Shown: positions 1 through 7,916 of the stretch, piece after piece | Position numbering within the stretch: the first letter of the stretch is position 1 | Layout of the letters: each line of letters starts with the position of its first letter | Source: Deltaproteobacteria bacterium | GTDB lineage: Bacteria > Myxococcota > Myxococcia > Myxococcales > 40CM-4-68-19 | Direction of reading: 5' to 3' | Assembly (NCBI GenBank): GCA_043781235.1 | Contig: JAYWBT010000114.1 | Coordinates: 6,226-70,225, forward strand | DNA: 64,000 bases | The notes under the pieces: generated by a model | Told to the model about the DNA's origin: nothing | Seen by the model: only the letters and a program-made list of their open reading frames with translations | Database searches by the model: none | Made by a program: the position numbers and the translations under genes

Positions 1-195
1 GCACGCGCGGGCCGCGCGCTCGATCTGTGCGCGGTGGGGCTCGGCCACCACCACGTGCACCGGACCGAGCCCGGCCTCGCGCAGCGCCGCGCACGCTGCC
101 GCGAGGAAGGTGCGGCCGTCGCGGTGCTGCAGCAGCGCCTTGGGCGCGCCCATGCGCGACGAGGCCCCGGCGGCGAGGATGGCGGCGGGCAGCAT
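1..195 (-). CDS. MobA/MocA-like nucleotidyltransferase (NTP_transf_3 family), 5' fragment; the gene runs off the window start
   Basis: My own reverse-strand translation from ATG 195..193 gives MLPAAILAAGASSRMGAPKALLQHRDGRTFLAAACAALREAGLGPVHVVVAEPH. The AILAAGxSxRMGxxKxLL N-terminus is the signature of MobA/MocA-type transferases. It is absent from the ORF track because it has no stop in the window. Confidence 0.55.
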   Translation of the reverse strand, partial: MLPAAILAAGASSRMGAPKALLQHRDGRTFLAAACAALREAGLGPVHVVVAEPHRAQIERAARAC

Positions 196-205
196 GAAGT
201 GAAGT

Positions 206-1909
206 CTAGCGCAGCAGCGCGGCGGATGCGCCGTCCGGCGTGCCCGTGCGGGACGCGCCCGGACCCGGATGGGAGGCGGCTGCCGGAAGCGCTCGCGCAG
301 CGGCTGCTGCGGCCGCGCGCACGGCAGGGTCGGGATCGCGCGCAGCCGCGCGGGCGAGCGCGGCGGCGGCGAGCGGCAGGTGCGCCTGCGCGAGCTCCCG
401 GGCGGCGGCGCGGCGTTCCTCGGCCAGCGCGGCGGTGGCCGGTGGGCGACCGCACGAGATGGTGGCGGCCCGCTCGCCCTCCTCTGCCTTTCGCTGCAGC
501 GCGGCGGCATCGGCGCTCGCCTCGTCGGAATGCAGCAGCGCGGAGGCAGCCTCGGCGGCGCGGGAGGCGGCGCACAGCTCCTGTGCGGCCCCTGCGTCGC
601 CGCCGCGCGCTCCGTTAAGATGCGCGTCGGCGAGCGCCTTCGCCTGCGCGCGCAGCGCCTGCGCCGCCAGCACCGGCTCGCCGAGCTCCTTCTCGAGCTG
701 TGCCGCAAGCCAAAGCGCGACGGTGCAGTGCGCGTCGATCCCCGCCGCCGCGCGCGCCGCCGCCAGCGCCTCCCGCTCGCGGCCCAGCGCCTTCTCCAGC
801 ACCGCCACTTCCGCGAGCTGCGGGGCCGCCTGCGCGCGCGGCTTGAGCACCAGCAGCGCACGCTCCGCCCGAAGCGCGGCTTCGGGGCGCGGCAGCCCGC
901 CTAGGAGCAGCTCGACGGCGTCGAGCGCTGCGAGCGAAACGTGCGCGCGCGGCGAGGCCATCTCCGCCAACAGGCGCGGGAGCCGCTCGCCGTCCAGCGC
1001 GTCGGCCCACGCGCGCAACGCCGCCGCGCGCTCGGGGCCAGTCTCGGGCAGCGCGTCGAGAGTGGCACGCGGCAGGTAGAGCCGGTGCGCGGCGGACTCG
1101 AGCGCCGTCGCGCGCCGCGGGTCCCGCCGGAGCTCCAGCAGATCCTGCGCCGCTTTTCCCGCATACGGACCGCCGCGGCGGGCGAGCTGCGCCAGCCGGC
1201 CTTCGTCGAGCAGCGCCGCGGCCCGCTGGTACATCAGCCGGTCCACCGCCGCGTCTTTGAGAATCCGAAGCCGCGCCTCGTCCTCGAGAACCAGCGCCTC
1301 GTCGACGTCGGCACGGGCGAGGCGCGCGTCGGCCTCGCGGCGGTGCGCGCCGTCCGGATGCTCGGCGAGGTAAGCGCGCAGCGCTTCTGGATCGCCCGCC
1401 GCGCGGTACTCCGCCTCATCGAGCGCCTGCAGGCAGCGCTCGCGGCTGGCGGCCGAAGCATGCTGTGCGAGCCATTCCTGAAGGACCAGAACGCTGCCGT
1501 CGCGCAGCGCCGCCTCGAGCCGGACCGACGAGAGCTCTGCCCAGGCCGCCTGCGCGTGCGGGCCCGACGGCTCGTCGGCGAGGAAGCCCGCCAGGGCGGT
1601 CTCCGATCCATCGCGCTCCGCCCCGCTCCAGCGCAGGCCCTCGAGCAGCGTACGCACCTCGGGCGCCTGGTGGCTGTCGGGGAACTCCTCGAGGAAACGG
1701 CGGTAGGCGAAGATGCTGTGCGCCGCGCGCGCGGCGCCGTATTGCGCCTGCTCCAGCTTTTCGCGCGCCTCGCGCGCGCGCGGTCCCTTGGGGTGCAGCG
1801 CCAGCTCGCGGCGGTAGAAGTCGCTCGCGCCTGGAGCGTCGGCCCGCGGCAGCGGCGCGGCGCAGGCACAGAGAAGAAGGATGAGGAGCGCGGCTTTCCC
1901 GGCTTTCAT
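206..1909 (-). CDS. Ala/Arg/Glu-rich helical-repeat (TPR/YbgF-like) lipoprotein, function unknown
   Basis: ORF 206..1927. I prefer the internal ATG at 1909, which gives MKAGKAALLILLLCACAAP (signal peptide with a lipobox-like Cys). The frame is GC3-rich. Repeated helical motifs are visible by eye, but no catalytic motif. Confidence 0.6.
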   Translation of the reverse strand: MKAGKAALLILLLCACAAPLPRADAPGASDFYRRELALHPKGPRAREAREKLEQAQYGAARAAHSIFAYRRFLEEFPDSHQAPEVRTLLEGLRWSGAERDGSETALAGFLADEPSGPHAQAAWAELSSVRLEAALRDGSVLVLQEWLAQHASAASRERCLQALDEAEYRAAGDPEALRAYLAEHPDGAHRREADARLARADVDEALVLEDEARLRILKDAAVDRLMYQRAAALLDEGRLAQLARRGGPYAGKAAQDLLELRRDPRRATALESAAHRLYLPRATLDALPETGPERAAALRAWADALDGERLPRLLAEMASPRAHVSLAALDAVELLLGGLPRPEAALRAERALLVLKPRAQAAPQLAEVAVLEKALGREREALAAARAAAGIDAHCTVALWLAAQLEKELGEPVLAAQALRAQAKALADAHLNGARGGDAGAAQELCAASRAAEAASALLHSDEASADAAALQRKAEEGERAATISCGRPPATAALAEERRAAARELAQAHLPLAAAALARAAARDPDPAVRAAAAAAARALPAAASHPGPGASRTGTPDGASAALLR

Positions 1910-1968
1910 GGTCCGAAAATCTACCATGCGCTTGCGCAGCGACCGCCTCGCGCGTTACCACCCGCGCC

Positions 1969-2655
1969 GTGGATTTTCCTCTCGCGGTGGTGTGCGACTT
2001 CGATGGCACCGCCACGCTGCTCGACATCGGCGACGAGATCAGCCGGCGCTTCGGCGGCGCGGCGCATTGGGCGGACGTGAGCGCGCGCTTCCACGGCGGC
2101 GAGCTCGACACGCGCGGCGTCATCGAGGCCATCTACACCCACGTCGTCGCGCCGGAGGAAGAGGTGCGCGCCTTCGCCGTCTCGGAGGCGCGGCTGCGGC
2201 CCGGCTTCGCCGCGCTGGTGGCGGCTTGCCGGGATCGAGGCGCGCCGTTCGTGCTCGCGTCGGGCGGGCTGCGGCAGTACATCGACGCCGTGCTCGAGGC
2301 GAACTTGCCGCCAGACCTGCGCGCGCACGTGCGGGTGATGGCGAACGAGGGCAGCTTCTCCGCGGAGGGCCTGCGCGTTGACTTCCCCGGCGACGAGGAG
2401 TCGCGTGCCGCCGGCTGCGCCGTGTGCGGATCGTGCAAGCGGGTCGCGGTGGCGCTGGTGCGGCGCGAGGGCGCACGCTACGTCATCGGCGTCGGGGACG
2501 GCTTCGCCGATCGCTGCCTGGCGCAGTTCTCCGACCGCATGTTCGCGCGCGAGGGCAGCTTCCTTGCGCGCTACTGCGCCGAGCACGGCCTCCCGCACAC
2601 GCCCTTCACCACGCTCGACTGCGCGGCCGAAGCGGTGCGCTCCTTCGTCCCGTAG
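1969..2655 (+). CDS. HAD-IB family phosphatase (MtnX / phosphoserine-phosphatase-like)
   Basis: N-terminal VVCDFDGTAT (HAD motif I, DxDxT) and VGDGFAD (motif III). The 228-aa size and layout are typical of the MtnX-like subfamily. Confidence 0.75.
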   Translation: MDFPLAVVCDFDGTATLLDIGDEISRRFGGAAHWADVSARFHGGELDTRGVIEAIYTHVVAPEEEVRAFAVSEARLRPGFAALVAACRDRGAPFVLASGGLRQYIDAVLEANLPPDLRAHVRVMANEGSFSAEGLRVDFPGDEESRAAGCAVCGSCKRVAVALVRREGARYVIGVGDGFADRCLAQFSDRMFAREGSFLARYCAEHGLPHTPFTTLDCAAEAVRSFVP

Positions 2656-2762
2656 GCTCGCTCGGAGCGGAGCGATGATTCGGCTCGCAGGGGTCCCGAA
2701 ATGGTCGGCACAGATCGTGCTCAGCCCATTTCCGCCGCATCTCGCGGTCCGGAAATGGGACC

Positions 2763-3812
2763 ATGCTGCTCCTGCTCACGCTGCTGCTCGCCCAGGCTGC
2801 GCCTGCCACCAAAGCTCCGCCCGACGTCTCCGTCGACGCCGCCGCGCCCACGCGCGATCCGATCGCCCTGCACGAGCCTGATCTGGCTGCTCCCGATCAC
2901 GCTCCGGGTGAGGTGAAAACGAACGATGCCGTCGCCAGGTCCGAGAGCGATGCAGTCGACGAGTCCGATCACGACCCGGTAAGTCTCGAGCACGATCCGG
3001 GCGCCGGACTCGAGCACGATCCGGGCGCCGGACCGGAGCGCGATCCGTCCGAGCCGGAAGAGCACGAGGACGACGAGCCGCGCTCGCTGGACACCTCGCT
3101 CGAGAGCGCCGCGGGTCGCATGGGAGAGCGGCATGTCGAGCTGGTGGCGCGGGCGCGCAGCGGCGAGGTCACCCTCGTGGTGGGCGCCGAGACGCTCGCG
3201 AGCGACCGCGCGCCCGAGCGCCGCGCGGTCATCCTCGGCTTTGAGCTCGCTCGCGGCGACCTCTCGTGGGAGGGCGAGCTGCGCACTGCCCCGCAGGCCG
3301 CGGGGCTCGCGCGGCTGGTCGCGCGGCTCGGCATGCATGGAGACTTCGCGGGCCTCTCGCTGCTCGGGCGCGACGAGACGCTGCACGGAACGCGGCTGCG
3401 CGCGGCAGGGCTCGCGCTCGATCTCGACCGGCCGCTCGACTCCGGGTGGCGCCTCGCGCTCTCGGCCTCGGCGTGGGCCACGGACCTCAGCGCTCCGCCG
3501 CAGGTGGGCGGCGGGCGACGCTCGCGCGATCCTTGGAGCGCCTTCGGCGCCGCCACGCTCGACTGGGCACAGCGGTGGGAGCTGTCCCTGTCGGCAAAGC
3601 ACACGCTCGGCCCGCTGTCGATCGCGGCCAGTCTCGGCGTCGCGCAGCCCGCCCAGGACGGCGCGTATGCGGCGCGCGCATCACTCGGGCTCGAGACGCA
3701 GTTGGGGCCGGCGCGGCTCGCGCTTTCGGTCGCGCTCGCGCACCTGTGGCCGGCGGACCTCTGGCTCGCCGACGCGATGCTCGGCATCAGCTGGCACGTC
3801 GGCGACGACTGA
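2763..3812 (+). CDS. Secreted acidic protein with an Asp/Glu/His-rich linker and a beta-rich C-terminal half, unknown function
   Basis: ATG 2763 is the only in-frame start (upstream in-frame stop at 2676). The N-terminus MLLLLTLLLAQAAPA is hydrophobic. The frame is GC3-rich and contains the LEHDPGAG tandem repeat. No family recognised. Confidence 0.55.
   Translation: MLLLLTLLLAQAAPATKAPPDVSVDAAAPTRDPIALHEPDLAAPDHAPGEVKTNDAVARSESDAVDESDHDPVSLEHDPGAGLEHDPGAGPERDPSEPEEHEDDEPRSLDTSLESAAGRMGERHVELVARARSGEVTLVVGAETLASDRAPERRAVILGFELARGDLSWEGELRTAPQAAGLARLVARLGMHGDFAGLSLLGRDETLHGTRLRAAGLALDLDRPLDSGWRLALSASAWATDLSAPPQVGGGRRSRDPWSAFGAATLDWAQRWELSLSAKHTLGPLSIAASLGVAQPAQDGAYAARASLGLETQLGPARLALSVALAHLWPADLWLADAMLGISWHVGDD
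2985..3032 (+). repeat. Perfect 2 x 24-nt tandem duplication (ctcgagcacgatccgggcgccgga) inside the CDS, plus a degenerate third unit
   Basis: Read directly: 2985..3008 is identical to 3009..3032. The repeat encodes LEHDPGAG twice. Confidence 0.95.
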
Positions 3813-3919
3813 CGATTGCAGAAAGCCAGAGCAGACCACCCAGCTCTGCGGGCGCACCCGACGTCCAGCGATCGGACGCCTGGCGATCGCGGCGTCGTCA
3901 CACAAAGTTACCGAACCCG

Positions 3920-4141
3920 TTACGCAGCCTGGCCAAACGCCTCGAGCGCGAGCATCGCCAGCGCGCGGTTGAGGAGTTGCAGGCGGCGTCGGGCCGAGGC
4001 GATGGCGGCGCGGGCGCGCGGCGAGTCGTCATGGTACCGCTGCATGGTGTCCCTGAGGATTTCGTAAGCGACCTGCACCCGGCCGATCAGCTGGATCCGG
4101 TTGAGACGCGCCTGCCCACCATTCCGCTGTGAACGCTCCAT
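3920..4141 (-). CDS. Small helical Arg-rich protein (73 aa), unknown function
   Basis: GGAGG lies 5 nt upstream of ATG 4141, and the frame is GC3-biased. It sits directly downstream of the sigma-54 activator gene and has a candidate sigma-54 promoter upstream. Confidence 0.55.
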   Translation of the reverse strand: MERSQRNGGQARLNRIQLIGRVQVAYEILRDTMQRYHDDSPRARAAIASARRRLQLLNRALAMLALEAFGQAA

Positions 4142-4189
4142 GAAGGCCTCCGTGCGCCAATTCCGGTTGGCGCCGATGCCTCTCTTTGA

Positions 4190-4205
4190 TGCATGGGGCC
4201 GGCCA
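4190..4205 (-). promoter_or_regulatory. Candidate sigma-54 (-24/-12) promoter TGGCCG-N5-ATGCA
   Basis: The minus strand reads TGGCCGgccccATGCA, with the invariant GG and GC at the correct GG-N10-GC spacing (consensus TGGCAC-N5-TTGCA). It lies about 50 nt upstream of ATG 4141 and next to an NtrC-type activator gene. Confidence 0.35.
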
Positions 4206-4351
4206 AACCTTCATCCACAGCGCAAGGGGCTGGAATGATTGAATTCGAGATCGCCTGGCGCAACCGCACTAGCGCGCGATTCTATCGAACGTAGCCAATT
4301 CGACAGGAGCCGCTGTCAAAACTGCCGAAATGGTTTTCTCTAAACAGGAAG

Positions 4352-5755
<1,404 letters not shown>

Positions 5756-5862
5756 TCAAGACTCCCTTTCAGGCAACCGCGAGGGCGCGAAAACGCGAAG
5801 TTGGGCTGATTTGCCGAAAATAGACCATGCCGGCTTCGCGCCTTCGCGGTTGGTATTCTTTT

Positions 5863-7368
5863 TCACGCGAGAGGGACGGATTCGGCGGGGAAGCGGACGG
5901 TGAAGGCGGAGCCGCGGCCCAGCTCGCTCTCGACGTCGATGCGCCCCTTGAGCGCGCGCGCGATCTCCTTGCAGATGGCGAGGCCCAGCCCGGTGCCCTT
6001 TCCGTTCGGCTTGGTGGTGTAGAAGGGCTCGAAGATGTGTCGCTTCACCTCGGGAGCCATCCCCGACCCGGTGTCGGCCACGCGCAGCACCAGATCGGGC
6101 CCGTCGCGGTGCGCCTGCACCTCGAGCCGCCCGCCCTGCGGCATGGCGTCGATGGCGTTTGCGACCAGGTTGGTGAGCAGGTGCCGCACCAGGCCGGGGT
6201 CGGTCCGCACCGCGCCCGCGTCCACCTCGCGCGCCACCTGAATCTTCGCGCGCGCCTCGGTCCCCAGCGTCAGATCGAGCGCCTCGTCCACCAACGGCCC
6301 GAGCGGGACCTCCTCGGCCGTCGGGGTGAAGCCGCGCGTCTGATCGAGGAAGCGGCGGATGATCTGCGCCATCCGCTGCGCCTCGCGATTGACGATAGCC
6401 ACCTGCTCCTTTGCCGGCTCGGGCACATCCGCCCGCCGCGCGAGCAGCTGCAAATGGCCCGAGAGCGCGTTCAGCGGGTTGCCCAACTCGTGCGCGATGG
6501 TGCCGGCGAGCTGCCCCAGCGCGGCCAGCCGCTCTTTCGCGGTGAGATCGCGCCGCGCCGCCACCAGCAGCTCGTTGAGCTCCTCGAGCGTGCGGTTCTT
6601 GCGCGTCAGCTCAGCGGTGGCGTCCTCGATCTTGCGCGTCAGCTCGGCGTTGAAGCCGCGGATCTGCGCGAGCATGCGGTTGAACCCGCGCGCGAGATAG
6701 GCAAGCTCGTCGCCCCCCTCGGCCGGCCCCGGCGCGGCGACCGCCAGCTGCCCGCCCTCCACCGCGCGCATGGTGTCCTCCAGCGCCGAGACCCGGCGGA
6801 TGAGAATGCGGCCGAGCAGGATCCAGAAGGCGATGACGAGGAAGACGCTGGCGCCGAGCGCGACCTCGAGCAGCGCGCGCCGCTCGGCAGCCACCAGTCG
6901 CTGCGCCTCGCCGAGCGACGCGAGCAGCACCAGCCGCGCCCGACCGCCGCGCGCGTCGCTGAAAGGGGCGACCACGCGAACCACGCGGCCGGCGTCCGGA
7001 TCGTCCAGCACCTCGGCCGGCGTACGCGTCGCCGGTCCGCGCGTGCGGGTGAAATCGATTCCACTGGGAGTGAGACGCGCGACGGTGAACTCGGCGTCGA
7101 CTCCGAGCGACGCCGGCCGCGTCAGTTCGGCGCGCAAGAGTCCGCGGTGCATGCGCACCGTGGCAGCCAGCTCCTCGGAGAGCTGCTCGTCGTCGGAGCC
7201 GGCTTTCTTGAGCGCGACCGTGGTCGCGAAGGCGAGTTCGTCGGTGCGCTTGCGGATCTCGGTCTCGACCGACCCCTGCGCGATACGCAGGCCCAGCGCG
7301 GTGGCGACGAGCAGCGTGCCCGCGAGCACCGCGGTGAAAAGCGCGACGAGCTGCAGCCGCAGCGACAC
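5863..7368 (-). CDS. Sensor histidine kinase (TM/periplasmic region, HAMP, HisKA, HATPase_c)
   Basis: H-box AHELGNPLNAL, N-box LTNLVANAIDAM, G1 DTGSGM and G2 GTGLGLAI are all present. A HAMP-like segment precedes the H-box. Confidence 0.9.
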   Translation of the reverse strand: MSLRLQLVALFTAVLAGTLLVATALGLRIAQGSVETEIRKRTDELAFATTVALKKAGSDDEQLSEELAATVRMHRGLLRAELTRPASLGVDAEFTVARLTPSGIDFTRTRGPATRTPAEVLDDPDAGRVVRVVAPFSDARGGRARLVLLASLGEAQRLVAAERRALLEVALGASVFLVIAFWILLGRILIRRVSALEDTMRAVEGGQLAVAAPGPAEGGDELAYLARGFNRMLAQIRGFNAELTRKIEDATAELTRKNRTLEELNELLVAARRDLTAKERLAALGQLAGTIAHELGNPLNALSGHLQLLARRADVPEPAKEQVAIVNREAQRMAQIIRRFLDQTRGFTPTAEEVPLGPLVDEALDLTLGTEARAKIQVAREVDAGAVRTDPGLVRHLLTNLVANAIDAMPQGGRLEVQAHRDGPDLVLRVADTGSGMAPEVKRHIFEPFYTTKPNGKGTGLGLAICKEIARALKGRIDVESELGRGSAFTVRFPAESVPLA

Positions 7369-7370
7369 TT

Positions 7371-7553
7371 TTACGAGGGCGGCAGCTGCTTTTTCACGGC
7401 GGTCGCCGGCTCCTCATCGACCGCGGTGAGCCCCTTCTTGAAGCCGCGGATCGCCTCGCCCAGGCTCGAGCCGAGCTGGGGCAGCTTCGACGGACCGAAG
7501 AAGAGCAGCGCCAGCACCAGGATGACCAGGATCTCGCCGAAACCAAGCCTCAT
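7371..7553 (-). CDS. tatA: Twin-arginine translocase subunit TatA/E
   Basis: MRLGFGEILVILVLALLFFGPSKLPQLGSSLGEAIRGFKKG is the canonical TatA layout (TM helix, FGxxKLP hinge, amphipathic helix). GGAGG lies 8 nt upstream. Its stop is 2 nt from the kinase start. Confidence 0.9.
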   Translation of the reverse strand: MRLGFGEILVILVLALLFFGPSKLPQLGSSLGEAIRGFKKGLTAVDEEPATAVKKQLPPS

Positions 7554-7662
7554 GATGACGCCTCCGAGAGTGGGTGCATACAGGGAACCGAGGGGGATCG
7601 CAAAGGTGAATCTTGCCGCAGTCGCGACGCGGGCTCGCTTGCAACGGCTTTGGGCGCGACGC

Positions 7663-7702
7663 TGAAAAGAAAGCGGCGGGGATCCGGATGAATCCCCGCC
7701 GC
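7663..7702 (-). terminator. Rho-independent terminator (11-bp perfect GC stem, 8-nt loop, U-tract)
   Basis: Plus-strand gcggcggggat (7673..7683) pairs with atccccgccgc (7692..7702). On the minus strand the hairpin is followed by TTTCTTTTC. Confidence 0.8.
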
Positions 7703-7724
7703 CCGACGTGCGTGCGTCGATCGC

Positions 7725-7784
7725 CTACGCCCGGAGAGCGGCGAGGGCGATGGCACACGCGAGACGTCTGGTTGCGTCCGACAT
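7725..7784 (-). CDS. Candidate 19-codon sORF MSDATRRLACAIALAALRA (leader-peptide or type I toxin-like)
   Basis: The mRNA carries GAAAGGAGGUGAU (plus strand 7788..7800 = ATCACCTCCTTTC, identical to the 16S 3' tail). The AGGAGG core is 7 nt from the ATG. A TAG stop and then a terminator follow 22 nt downstream. No homology evidence is available. Confidence 0.3.
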   Translation of the reverse strand: MSDATRRLACAIALAALRA

Positions 7785-7916
7785 GCCATCACCTCCTTTC
7801 GCCAACTCCCGAAGCCTAACCGCTGCGTCGGGCCCGCGCCAGATCGGCGAGGAGGTGTCGCCGGTTTCGGCGACGCTCCTCAGGCGGTCGCCAACTGGAG
7901 AACGCGCGGAGGGCGT

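Noticed and set aside
4302-4317. The hairpin GACAG-N6-CTGTC after the EBP gene, considered as a terminator.
   Set aside because: The stem is only 5 bp and has no following U-tract on the minus strand. It is too weak to call.
7550-7792. An 80-aa minus-strand ORF spanning the tatA upstream region.
   Set aside because: Its start codons sit 0-2 nt from the SD core, which is too close. It reads through the terminator hairpin and into tatA out of frame. Its composition is junk-like.
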